Shown here one piece after another: positions 22,259-31,509 of a stretch of DNA of 64,000 nucleotides (position 1 is its first letter; each line of letters opens with the position of its first letter). The DNA comes from Candidatus Omnitrophota bacterium (lineage in GTDB: Bacteria > Omnitrophota > Gorgyraeia > Zapsychrales > Fredricksoniimonadaceae), in NCBI GenBank assembly GCA_903908245.1, contig CAIVRE010000006.1, positions 21,951 through 85,950 of the forward strand. The letters run 5' to 3'. Under the pieces are notes generated by a model. That model was not told the origin of the DNA. It saw nothing but the letters and a program-made list of their open reading frames with translations, and did no database searches. The translations under genes were made by a program, and so were the position numbers.

Positions 22259-23201
22259 TAAGGGCTTGCTCTTTTTGCTGCCGGTATTTCCCGGCTTCCG
22301 CCGGCGACCCGAGTTTAAGGTAAACTTCCGCGATATGCCCGAGGATCTCGGGGTCCTTAAGGATCCCGTCCGCACGGATCAATTCCTTCAGCGCCTTTTC
22401 ATACTGGCCCTGGCGGTAATACAGCCAGCCGCGGGTATCCAGATAGGCAGGATTATCCGGCTCGACGACCAAAGCGGCATTCACATGCTTCAGGCCTTCG
22501 TCCAGATTCACGTTATCTTCCGCATAAGCATATGCCAGCGAATTAAGGCAATCCGCATTCACCGGCTCGAGGGAAAGGCATTGCTTGAGAAGCCCCAGGC
22601 CTTCCGCCCTCCGGGGACCGGGAACATTAAGATAGTATGTCCCCAATATATAAAGAAGCGACCCGTTCTTTGGGTCCAGTTTCAAGGCCAGCGCGAACTG
22701 GTCCATCGCCGCCGCTTCATTGCCATTGGAATAATAAAGCTGTCCAAGATATACCGGGAACTCGCTGCTCTGCGGATTCCTGGCCGCGAGAGTTTTAAAA
22801 ATATGTTCATACTCACGCGAAACTTTATTCTCTTCTTTCTGATTGGAATAAAGCAGTGCCAGCAAGTAATGTGCGCTGAGATCCTCGGGATCAAGCTCGA
22901 TCACTTTCTGCAGCTCACGCTGGGCATCAGAATAACGCTCCAGTTGGGCAAGAACTGCGGCCAGGCGCAGCCTGACCACACGGGAAGAACCATCCGCCCT
23001 AACGGACCGCTCATAATAGTCTGCGGCCTCGTCAATAACGCCCAGAAGCTCCGCGTTATACCCCATAATGAAGCAGGCGACACTCCGTGCCGTAGACGAC
23101 CTGTCGGCCGAAACGGACGGTTGTGCCGCCCACCCAGGAAAAGCTGTCAAAACAATATGACCAGCGGCCAATAAAGCAAAAATGCCAGGCTTATGCCGCA
23201 T
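22233..23201 (-). CDS. Exported TPR protein
   Basis: Signal peptide; multiple TPRs; LNSLAYAYA and AYLDTRGWLYY motifs. Confidence 0.85.
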   Translation of the reverse strand: MRHKPGIFALLAAGHIVLTAFPGWAAQPSVSADRSSTARSVACFIMGYNAELLGVIDEAADYYERSVRADGSSRVVRLRLAAVLAQLERYSDAQRELQKVIELDPEDLSAHYLLALLYSNQKEENKVSREYEHIFKTLAARNPQSSEFPVYLGQLYYSNGNEAAAMDQFALALKLDPKNGSLLYILGTYYLNVPGPRRAEGLGLLKQCLSLEPVNADCLNSLAYAYAEDNVNLDEGLKHVNAALVVEPDNPAYLDTRGWLYYRQGQYEKALKELIRADGILKDPEILGHIAEVYLKLGSPAEAGKYRQQKEQALNAQSKKVK

Positions 23202-23213
23202 ACCTTCGATCCT

Positions 23214-23315
23214 TTAGCGAGTCTCGCGCTTCTTGAGGTGACGCAGGGACTTGCGTAATTTCTTACGTTTATGAGTCTTGATCTTGCGAAGCTTTCGTTT
23301 TCTCCCGCACGGCAT
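23214..23315 (-). CDS. 33-aa basic protein, AURKAIP1/COX24 (mS38/bS22-like) family
   Basis: Below the ORF-track cutoff. MPCGRKRKLRKIKTHKRKKLRKSLRHLKKRETR with SD AGGGAG upstream. Confidence 0.85.
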   Translation of the reverse strand: MPCGRKRKLRKIKTHKRKKLRKSLRHLKKRETR

Positions 23316-23334
23316 GGTCTATCTCCCTTTTTAG

Positions 23335-24210
23335 TTAATAAATAAGCTTGTTGATCGAATATTCAATAATACCCTGCGCGCCGGATTCTTTCAACGCTGG
23401 AATGATGGTCCGCACGATACTCTCATCAATAATAGTTTCAAGTGCGACCCAACCCTCCCTGGTCAACGGAGCAACGGTCGGATTCTTCAGCGCGGGCAAT
23501 GTTTCAAGGACAGCCTTCAAATTCTTCTCTTCGATATTGAGCTTGAGCCCAACCATATTGTTCGCCGCCAGAGCGCCTTTAAGGAGCATAACGATCTGCT
23601 CCATCTTCTTTGCCTTCCATCCGTCCCTGGACGACTGCTTGTTGGCAATGAACTGGGTGGACGATTCGCACAATGTCTCGACAATACGCAGATTATTCGC
23701 GCGCAGGCTGCTGCCCGTCTCCGTCAACTCGACAATAGCATCCACCAGACCCGACGTCACCTTCGCCTCGGTCGCGCCCCAGCTGAACTCCACATGCGCC
23801 TTGACCTTGTGCTTGGCCAGATATTTCCTGGTGATCGCAACGACTTCGGTCGCGATCTTTTTGCCCTGCAGGTCCTTGACGGACTTGATAGGGCAATCTT
23901 CCGGGACCGCCAGCACCCAGCGCACCTTGTTCGAAGTCGCTTTGGAATACTGCAGTTCCGTAATAACATCGATCTTGGACCCGTTCTCCAGGATCCAGTC
24001 CGCACCGGTAATACCGCAGTCCAGCGTGCCGTCTTCCACATAACGGGACATTTCCTGGGCACGCAAGAGCACAGGCTTGATCTCAACGTCATCAATATGA
24101 GGGAAATACGAACGACTCGATACGACGACCTTGAACCCCGCTTTCTCAAACAAAGCGACGGTCGCGTCCTGTAAACTGCCTTTGGGCAAACCAAGTTTTA
24201 AGACCTTCAT
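23335..24210 (-). CDS. hisG: ATP phosphoribosyltransferase, long form
   Basis: [40 protein letters not shown]-terminal regulatory domain. Confidence 0.96.
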   Translation of the reverse strand: MKVLKLGLPKGSLQDATVALFEKAGFKVVVSSRSYFPHIDDVEIKPVLLRAQEMSRYVEDGTLDCGITGADWILENGSKIDVITELQYSKATSNKVRWVLAVPEDCPIKSVKDLQGKKIATEVVAITRKYLAKHKVKAHVEFSWGATEAKVTSGLVDAIVELTETGSSLRANNLRIVETLCESSTQFIANKQSSRDGWKAKKMEQIVMLLKGALAANNMVGLKLNIEEKNLKAVLETLPALKNPTVAPLTREGWVALETIIDESIVRTIIPALKESGAQGIIEYSINKLIY

Positions 24211-24320
24211 TGCGTTTCTCCCCAAACATTAGACGACGGATGCCGGCTGCGCGAGCACCCGACAAAATGGGGCTTATTATATATTAGACATTCAGAAGAA
24301 GTAAAGAAGAATAATAAAAC

Positions 24321-24382
24321 AACCCTCCACCACCCCGGGGGCGAAGGAGATGGCCTCCTTCACCCCCGGGGTGATGGAGGTT
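24321..24382. repeat. Inverted pair of REP-like palindromes (CACCCCGGGGGTG core)
   Basis: Arms 24321-24349 and 24355-24382 are near-perfect reverse complements, and each arm is itself palindromic. Confidence 0.8.
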
Positions 24383-24398
24383 AGAATGTTAAAATGAC

Positions 24399-24427
24399 TT
24401 GCAAGGCTACAGCGGGATGGATATAAT
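24399..24427 (+). promoter_or_regulatory. sigma70 promoter of the surA-like gene
   Basis: TTGCAA-N17-TATAAT; SD GGAG before ATG 24466. Confidence 0.75.
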
Positions 24428-24465
24428 TCGCCAATCAGAAAAATCGTTAACGGAGAAATTCACCC

Positions 24466-25935
24466 ATGTTAAAGATCATGCGTAACAAAGGCGTTGCCAA
24501 GAAAGTCCTCTGGGTCATCTCGGGGATCATCATTATCTCTTTCGGGTTCGGCTTCGGCATGTCCCGCTACGGCAACAAGATATCGCTCACCGATTCCGCA
24601 GGAAAAGCGTTCGGCAAGAAGATCAGTATCAAGGAATTCCGCGCGAAATACCTCGACTCCCGCGACCAGGCCATGATGATGTACGGCGAAAATTTCAAGA
24701 AAGTCAGCGCCCTGATGGACCTTAACAGCGAGGCCTGGACCAGGCTGCTTCTGGTCAAAGAAGCCGACCGGCGCAAGATCACGGCGGCCGACCCTGAAGT
24801 CATCACCTACATCGAAAGCATCCCCTTCTTCCAGCGAGACGGCGAATTCGACCGCAAAACCTATGAAACGATCATAAAGTACTCTTTCGGGCGCGAACCG
24901 CGCGCCTTTGAAGAGGGCATCCGCGACCAGATCAAGATCATGAAGCTGTTCCGCGAAGAAACAATAGGGCTGAATGTCGCCGATGAGACCGTCCGCAAGG
25001 AATACGAGCGCCGCAACCAGAAGGTTGAGGTCAGCTATTGTCTTGTCGACCCGAAAAGCTTCGCCGACAAATTGACCCTGTCCGACAAGGAGCTGCAGGA
25101 CTATTTTGATGCCCAGCGCCAGGACTTCCTGGAACCCGACTCCGTGAACCTGCAATATGCCGCCTTCACGATCGACCCGAAAGCGTCTGCCGATGACAAA
25201 AAGATCATCAGCGAGAAAGCAGCCAATTTCTACCTGAAAACAAAAAGTTCCGATGATTTCTCCGCCGCGGCCATTGCAGCCGGAGCACAGGTCAAGGAAA
25301 CCGGCTTCTTCAGCATGGAACAGCCGGAAACGGACCAGAACTGGCCACTCGAAGTCCTCCAGAAAGTTTTTGAAGCGAAGACCGGAGATATCCTCAAACC
25401 GGTAGGCACAGACACAGGTATCCAGGTGATCAAAGTCAGCGCCCGGAAACCTGCCTTTGTCCCCACGTTCAATAAAGCCAAGAATGCCGTCAAGGAAAAG
25501 ATCCTCTCCGAAAAGACACTGGCAATGGCCAAGGACAAGGCCGCGGAGATCCGAAAGACCATTACGTCCAGGATCGCAGGCGCTCCATCCTTTGACGCAG
25601 CCATCGCCGACCTCGGCCTCGTCAAGAAAACAACCCCCTTCTTCGCCCTCGGCGATTATGTGCCGGAAATAGGGATATCCGAAGACTTTTCCGCCGCTGC
25701 CTTCACCCTGAATAAAGAAAAACCGTTAAGCGATGTGGTCTTTACTTCACGGGGGCCGGTGATCCTGTATTTCGAAGCGCTGCAGCCGATCGATGAGAAA
25801 AAGTTCGAGGAAGTAAAAAAAGATTTCACTGCGTCCCTCTACGAAGAACAGAAGGTCGCGGCAATGAACCGCGTAATCAAGGGCATCAAGGAAAAAGCGG
25901 GGCTGGAAAGCTATCTCGACAAGATCAGGCTGTAA
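24466..25935 (+). CDS. PpiD/SurA-N family periplasmic chaperone
   Basis: N-terminal membrane anchor, FQRDGEFDRKTY SurA-N motif, rotamase-like segments. Confidence 0.82.
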   Translation: MLKIMRNKGVAKKVLWVISGIIIISFGFGFGMSRYGNKISLTDSAGKAFGKKISIKEFRAKYLDSRDQAMMMYGENFKKVSALMDLNSEAWTRLLLVKEADRRKITAADPEVITYIESIPFFQRDGEFDRKTYETIIKYSFGREPRAFEEGIRDQIKIMKLFREETIGLNVADETVRKEYERRNQKVEVSYCLVDPKSFADKLTLSDKELQDYFDAQRQDFLEPDSVNLQYAAFTIDPKASADDKKIISEKAANFYLKTKSSDDFSAAAIAAGAQVKETGFFSMEQPETDQNWPLEVLQKVFEAKTGDILKPVGTDTGIQVIKVSARKPAFVPTFNKAKNAVKEKILSEKTLAMAKDKAAEIRKTITSRIAGAPSFDAAIADLGLVKKTTPFFALGDYVPEIGISEDFSAAAFTLNKEKPLSDVVFTSRGPVILYFEALQPIDEKKFEEVKKDFTASLYEEQKVAAMNRVIKGIKEKAGLESYLDKIRL

Positions 25936-26242
25936 GGCTCTGATCGATCCAGTTCAGGTAGGGTTCACTGCCTGCCGCAACAGGCAGGGCGATAATTTCA
26001 GGGACGGTATAGCTGTGCAAAGCGACGACCGTCCCTTTTATTTCATTGAACATATCTGCACGGCTCTTGATCACGAGCAGAACTTCATTATCATCCGCGA
26101 TCTTTCCCTGCCACCAATACAGCGACCGTACCCCGCCGATAATGTTGCAACAGGCCGCCAGCTTCTTTTCAAGCAGGGTGCGTGCGATCTTTTCCGCTTC
26201 TTCCTGCTTTGAGGCTGTAACAAATACCACGATATAGGCCAT
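25925..26242 (-). CDS. cutA: Divalent-cation tolerance protein CutA
   Basis: KLAACCNI, SLYWWQG, HSYTVPEII. Confidence 0.95.
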   Translation of the reverse strand: MAYIVVFVTASKQEEAEKIARTLLEKKLAACCNIIGGVRSLYWWQGKIADDNEVLLVIKSRADMFNEIKGTVVALHSYTVPEIIALPVAAGSEPYLNWIDQSLTA

Positions 26243-26958
26243 TATTGATCTCTTAACATGATCGCATGGATAAGACGGCCGGAAGCTTCCCCGTCACGGC
26301 GGAAGGAATGCCAGGACTTGTCTGAATATGTATCACAGCCGCAATCGAAAATATTCTTGCCCCCCAGGCCCTCTCCCAGCAATTGACGGCGATTGGCGGC
26401 CGCGATGTCAAAATACAGGCATCCATCCCGCTGTGCCACTTCCTTCGGGAAAAGATCTTTGAATTCAACGCCGACAGGATAACTCGCCGGACGGATACAC
26501 GGGCCGATCACCGCCTTGATATCCGCCGGATCAACATTATATTTTGCCTTCATGAGTGCCACCACCTTGGCCGCAATATCGAGCCGGGTGCTTTTCCAAC
26601 CGGCATGCACGGCCGCGACCACGCGCCTCGCCGGCGCGAACAAAAGCAGCGGCAGACAATCCGCAGTACGCACCGCCACCGCAAGCCCCGGCGTTGCCGT
26701 CACTACCGCATCGGCCTCATACACCCCCGCCTGATCAATATTTTCAGCCGTCACTTCCCAGACGGAATCCCCGTGGACCTGCTTGGGAAATATCACCGCA
26801 TCCTTTACCCCCATCGTATCGAGCAAAGCCCGTTGAAGCGCGGTCATCCCGAAGCGCGGCAACACGGATGGATCCCCTTTAAGGAAATCCAAGCTCCCGT
26901 CCGATGTAAAAGCGGTCACACCATTCCCGAAGAACTGTTCATAGCGCAATACAGCCAT
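26242..26958 (-). CDS. pgeF: PgeF/YfiH family protein
   Basis: QVHG, ADA, TADCLPLL, HAGWK, IGPCI, SFRR. Confidence 0.92.
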   Translation of the reverse strand: MAVLRYEQFFGNGVTAFTSDGSLDFLKGDPSVLPRFGMTALQRALLDTMGVKDAVIFPKQVHGDSVWEVTAENIDQAGVYEADAVVTATPGLAVAVRTADCLPLLLFAPARRVVAAVHAGWKSTRLDIAAKVVALMKAKYNVDPADIKAVIGPCIRPASYPVGVEFKDLFPKEVAQRDGCLYFDIAAANRRQLLGEGLGGKNIFDCGCDTYSDKSWHSFRRDGEASGRLIHAIMLRDQ

Positions 26959-28019
26959 CAGTCACTCTCCCGGGCGTCACCAGCCGCCCCGCTCTTGTGT
27001 TCCTCAATATGCCGAAGCTTGGTCTCGATCTGCCTGAAACTCGTATCCCGCAGGTCCGAGTATTTCCCCTGAAGCTTGACAATGATCTCGCCGAATTCAA
27101 TGAACCGCCCTTTGAACGTTTCAAAATGTTTGGCAAAAATATCAATATGCCCGAGGATCTTCTTAATATCTTTCTCGAAACGAAAATGTTCATGCGCCTG
27201 GCGGATAATGCTGAGGACCGCATAAAGCGTGAACGGCGAACACAGGACCACCTTGTCCTTTAACGCCTCGTCCATGATCTCCGGTGCCTTTTCCTGAATG
27301 AACCCGAATACCTGTTCATTGGGAATGAACAAAAGGACAAAATCCAGGGTGCTCTCGGCTGGATTAATATACTCGCGGCCCCGAAGCTCCTTAATGCGGG
27401 CGCGGACATTTTTAAAAAACTCCTTCTCGGCCGCTTCACGCTCGGTCGGGACCAAAGCGTTCACCATCAAAAGGTAATTATTCAACGGGAACTTCACATC
27501 CATATTGACCACACGCTCATCCGGGAGGAAAAAAATAAAATCCGGACGGGTCCCGCTGGAGGCCTGCGCCGCCTGTTTCCTGTAATTCACATTCTCAAGC
27601 AAGCCGGCATAACGGATAATATCCTCGGCCATCCGTTCGCCCCACTGGCCGCGCAACTTATTATTACTGAGCGTACTCGCGAGCGACTGGGTTGTTTCCT
27701 GCAAACGCATGGTAGCCTGGCTCGCTCCCTGTAATTCACTGGCAAGCTGCCCGAACTTCTGCGCGCGGTCTTTCTCCCACTCGCGTAAAAGAGAATCATA
27801 AACGCGCAATTTATCTTCCAGCGACCGCACCGCCCCTTCCAGAGAAACGCGGCGCGCCTCTTCACCGACCGCTGCGCTGGTATCACGGGTACGGGCGTCG
27901 TCACGCTGAGAACGGATAAGCTCGCTCAAACGGGCGTTCTGGCTGATCAGTACCCATACCGCCACACCTAAAGCCCCAAGAACAACCAAAAACAAGATAT
28001 CCACGGCTGACATTGCCAT
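26958..28019 (-). CDS. rmuC: DNA recombination protein RmuC
   Basis: RGQWGE, RPD, DVKFP, LDFVLLFIPNE, SPFTL; N-terminal TM and coiled coil. Confidence 0.93.
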   Translation of the reverse strand: MAMSAVDILFLVVLGALGVAVWVLISQNARLSELIRSQRDDARTRDTSAAVGEEARRVSLEGAVRSLEDKLRVYDSLLREWEKDRAQKFGQLASELQGASQATMRLQETTQSLASTLSNNKLRGQWGERMAEDIIRYAGLLENVNYRKQAAQASSGTRPDFIFFLPDERVVNMDVKFPLNNYLLMVNALVPTEREAAEKEFFKNVRARIKELRGREYINPAESTLDFVLLFIPNEQVFGFIQEKAPEIMDEALKDKVVLCSPFTLYAVLSIIRQAHEHFRFEKDIKKILGHIDIFAKHFETFKGRFIEFGEIIVKLQGKYSDLRDTSFRQIETKLRHIEEHKSGAAGDARESD

Positions 28020-28399
28020 TAACCCCCGCTATTGGGCCCAGGGCCGATGATCTGATCCATTAATTTGAATAACACATCAAAATTAACCGGCTTGATCAAA
28101 TAATGCGCGATCCCCTTACGGGCAAAGATCTTTTGATTCTCTTCGTGAGCCGTCAACACAATGACCGGAACGGCCTTTAACGCATCGATGCTCCTGAGCT
28201 CGTACAAAAAAGAGTACCCGTTCATTTCCGGCATCTCGACATCCAGGATGATCAGCGCGGGAGAAACAGCTTTGGCGAATTTCAACCCCTCCTCACCATT
28301 GCACGCCATATTCACTTCATAACCGGCTTTGGTCAACCGGCCTTCCATCAAAGCCACTCCCACCGGATCATCATCAACTACCAGGATCCTTTTGCCCAT
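28019..28399 (-). CDS. Single-domain response regulator (CheY-like)
   Basis: ILVVDDD, LDVEMPEMNG, LTA, KP motifs. Confidence 0.92.
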   Translation of the reverse strand: MGKRILVVDDDPVGVALMEGRLTKAGYEVNMACNGEEGLKFAKAVSPALIILDVEMPEMNGYSFLYELRSIDALKAVPVIVLTAHEENQKIFARKGIAHYLIKPVNFDVLFKLMDQIIGPGPNSGG

Positions 28400-28421
28400 A
28401 TTCCCCTCCGCTCAGAATTCT

Positions 28422-28715
28422 TTAACGCAATGCCGCATTTATCTTCTCTTTAAACCTGCCCAAACGCGCCTCCTGAAGGCCCCGCACCTCCTCGATGTCA
28501 ACCCCATGACGCTCAAGCAATAAAAACCCGTGAATAATGATATCCAGCGTTTCCGCTTTCCAATGAGCATCCCCGGCTGCAAGCGATCCTCTCACTTCCT
28601 CCACATGCTCTTCCAGCGACCTGAAGGTGAACGCGTCCGCTGCCGGCGTCCCGCCATGAAGGCGCAATGCCAGTGCGTTGATTTCCGTCAGTTTATTCTT
28701 CAATCCCGAATCCAT
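28422..28715 (-). CDS. Small helical protein, possibly a MazG/HisE-like NTP pyrophosphatase
   Basis: EEHVEE...ETLDIIIHGFLLLERHGVDIEEV resembles the EE..E / E..D pattern of the all-alpha NTP-PPase fold. Confidence 0.55.
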   Translation of the reverse strand: MDSGLKNKLTEINALALRLHGGTPAADAFTFRSLEEHVEEVRGSLAAGDAHWKAETLDIIIHGFLLLERHGVDIEEVRGLQEARLGRFKEKINAALR

Positions 28716-29076
28716 GGACCACCCCATCCGGGCCGACACTCACATAAATCTTCGGCCCCTGATGTTTGACCTGATAACGATACAGCCACCGGGATCCTCC
28801 ATCACGGCCTGCCTGGACCGGCGCCTTTAACACCGGCTCACCGAATTGACGCGTCAACCCAGCCGAGGTCCTTACAGACGCCTGCGCTTGCCCCGACCGC
28901 ACCATGGCCAAAAGCTTCTCAAACTGCGCGTCATGGCGCGCCACGTCCCGGCCCAATGCATCCTGCTCGTCAGAATACGCCTTAACAGCCAATGCCTGGT
29001 CGATATACTGCAACTTTGAACAGGAGGACAAAACAAGGCCCAACACAAAAACAAAAAGAAATTCATACCGGATCAT
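28693..29076 (-). CDS. Hypothetical lipoprotein
   Basis: Hydrophobic stretch and lipobox LSS-C; FGEP...WLYRY pattern reminiscent of SmpA/BamE-like domains. Confidence 0.65.
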   Translation of the reverse strand: MIRYEFLFVFVLGLVLSSCSKLQYIDQALAVKAYSDEQDALGRDVARHDAQFEKLLAMVRSGQAQASVRTSAGLTRQFGEPVLKAPVQAGRDGGSRWLYRYQVKHQGPKIYVSVGPDGVVHGFGIEE

Positions 29077-29174
29077 ATCTACACTATACCATAAGAAATA
29101 TTGTCTAAATAATTGTAAAATCATCATTAATATTTTCCTTGATTCCATCCAGCAGACGCTATACCCTTATTGCT

Positions 29175-31433
29175 ATGCCCAAATTGAACTTCTGGATAAA
29201 ACTGGCCATATTATTCGGTGTCGGATTCCTTTTATACGCCAATACCCTTCACAGCGAATTCCACCTGGATGATGTGCCTTTTATCGTCAAGAACCCGACC
29301 ATCCGGGACATCACCAACCTTGCCCTGATCGGGAAAAGCATCCTCGGGGTACACTCGCGGCATGTGGTCTTCTTTTCCCTGGCCCTGAATTACCACCTTA
29401 ATCAACTCGATGTGTTCGGCTATCATGTTTTTAACACCCTCATCCATATCCTCACCGCGCTGGGGATATGGCAATTCACCCGGCTGCTTTTGTCAACGCC
29501 ACGATTTGCGTCCAATGTCAGCCAGGACAATAAAGAGAACATCGCTTTCTGCGCGGCATTCCTCTTCCTGTGCCACCCGGCCAATACCCAAGCCATCACC
29601 TATATTACCCAGCGCTTTGCCTCAATGGCGACCATGTTCTACATAGGGGCTCTTGCTTTTTATATCAAAGCCCGGTTAACCCCGCGCCTGGCCCCAAGCC
29701 TGGGATTCTACTTTCTCACAGGAGCGACCGCCCTGCTTGGAATGCTTTCCAAAGAACTCGTCATCACGCTCCCGATCATGGCATTCATTATCGACCGGCT
29801 GTGCATCTGCTACGACCCGCCGGCAAAAAAAGAAAGAAACAAGGCCGCAGCTCCGGCCAAAACCCCGTATATCCTTATTGCCGCCCTGATCGGTCTTGGC
29901 CTTATCGTTCCGGCCTTGTTCCGCTTTGATATCGCAGGCATACTCGCCTCCAAAATGGCCTCTTCATCGCATGAAGGCGACATGCTCACGTTCAACACCT
30001 TCTTCCTGACACAATGGCGGGTCATGGCCGTCATGCTCAGGCTTTTCGTCCTGCCGATCGATCAAACCCTGGATTACGATTTTCCGATGTCCACCGGGCT
30101 GTTCACACCGCCGACCACTTTCTTAAGCCTCGTCTTTCTTGTCGGACTGGCTATCCTCGGCTGGAAAATGTTCAAACAAAACTTCATCGTCTTCTTTGGC
30201 ATCCTGTGGTTCTTCATCACTTACATCCCGGAATTCTATCCGCGCGTCCACGTGATCTTTGAACATAAATTCTACCTGATCTCGATCGGGCTCTTTATTG
30301 CCGCCGCCTATCTGATATGGGAACACCCGGCCATTAAAAAACATGCCCTGTGGATCATGATCGCGCTTTCACTGATCCTCGGGATCGCTACGGTCAAAAG
30401 GAATGCGGTCTGGAAAACAGAACAAACCCTCTGGGAAGATGTTGTCAAAAAATCACCCAACAAATACCGGGCCAACCTGAATCTAGGGAATGTCTACCAG
30501 CTGCAAGGCCTTTACGACAAGTCCTTGCCCTATTACGACAAAGCCATTGCCGTCATGCCCTATGGGTACAAAGCGCTGAACAGCCGGGCCGTGATCTATT
30601 ATATGAAGGGCAACCTGGAAGGCGCCATGGCCGACTTCAACCGCTCCATCGCGGCCAACCCACAATACGACGACCCTTACAATAATCGCGGCAATCTCTA
30701 CCGCCAGAACGGCGAATTTGAGAAAGCCATCAACGATTACAATATGGCCATCCAGGTCAGCCAGTTCGCCCCCATGGCCTACAAGAACCGGGGCGATGTA
30801 TACGCCAGGATCAATGAGATCGAAAAAGCCCTGGCCGATTACCGCGCCGCGCTGAACCTCGACCCGAAATTGCGTGACGCTTACAACAACATGGGCAACC
30901 TGCTCAACGAACGCAAGCGCTACAAGGAAGCGCTGGACTTGTACGCCATTGCGCTGAAGAACGATCCCGGGAACAGCGCGGAATATCTCGTCGGACGCGG
31001 GAATGTCTACTCCAGCATGCAAGACCATCAAAAAGCTCTCAATGAATTCCGCGCGGCATTAAAACTGCGGCCCTCCATGGTCGAGGCGCTTTTTAACGCC
31101 GGCGTGGCTTTCGCCGCTACCGGTGACCTGCAGCAGGCGGACACATTCTACACTTTAGCCCTCAAAGCCAGGCCGAACCTGGCCGTTGCCTACAATAACC
31201 GGGGGAACACCCGCCGCCAGATGGGCCGCCGCAATGAAGCCCTCGAAGACTTCCTGGCCGCCGACAAGCTTTCTCCGCGCACCGAGATCATCCGGCGCAA
31301 CATCGTGGTGACCTATTACGAGATCGGGCAGAGAGATCAAGCCACCGCCGCCTTCAATGAGACCATCGCCCAGGGCATAACCTTTGACGAAAGGTTCAAA
31401 CAGGAATTCCTGAAGAATACCGCAAAAAAATGA
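29175..31433 (+). CDS. Multi-TM GT-C-like protein with C-terminal TPR array (TMTC-like)
   Basis: YANTL..EFHLDD, FLCHPANTQAITYITQR, SKE, RNAVW...LWED motifs followed by many TPRs. Confidence 0.85.
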   Translation: MPKLNFWIKLAILFGVGFLLYANTLHSEFHLDDVPFIVKNPTIRDITNLALIGKSILGVHSRHVVFFSLALNYHLNQLDVFGYHVFNTLIHILTALGIWQFTRLLLSTPRFASNVSQDNKENIAFCAAFLFLCHPANTQAITYITQRFASMATMFYIGALAFYIKARLTPRLAPSLGFYFLTGATALLGMLSKELVITLPIMAFIIDRLCICYDPPAKKERNKAAAPAKTPYILIAALIGLGLIVPALFRFDIAGILASKMASSSHEGDMLTFNTFFLTQWRVMAVMLRLFVLPIDQTLDYDFPMSTGLFTPPTTFLSLVFLVGLAILGWKMFKQNFIVFFGILWFFITYIPEFYPRVHVIFEHKFYLISIGLFIAAAYLIWEHPAIKKHALWIMIALSLILGIATVKRNAVWKTEQTLWEDVVKKSPNKYRANLNLGNVYQLQGLYDKSLPYYDKAIAVMPYGYKALNSRAVIYYMKGNLEGAMADFNRSIAANPQYDDPYNNRGNLYRQNGEFEKAINDYNMAIQVSQFAPMAYKNRGDVYARINEIEKALADYRAALNLDPKLRDAYNNMGNLLNERKRYKEALDLYAIALKNDPGNSAEYLVGRGNVYSSMQDHQKALNEFRAALKLRPSMVEALFNAGVAFAATGDLQQADTFYTLALKARPNLAVAYNNRGNTRRQMGRRNEALEDFLAADKLSPRTEIIRRNIVVTYYEIGQRDQATAAFNETIAQGITFDERFKQEFLKNTAKK

Positions 31434-31448
31434 GAACATTGCTCCATT

Positions 31449-31482
31449 AAAAAAGCCCCGATCTTCATGACGGGGCTTTTTT
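31449..31482. terminator. Bidirectional intrinsic terminator
   Basis: AAAAAAGCCCCG-loop-CGGGGCTTTTTT between convergent genes. Confidence 0.9.
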
Positions 31483-31509
31483 ATTTCTCTTGTCGAAGGA
31501 TAACAGCTG

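Noticed and set aside
24228-24265. Hairpin in the hisG leader as a possible attenuator
   Set aside because: No His-rich leader peptide, T-box motif or U-tract terminator visible.
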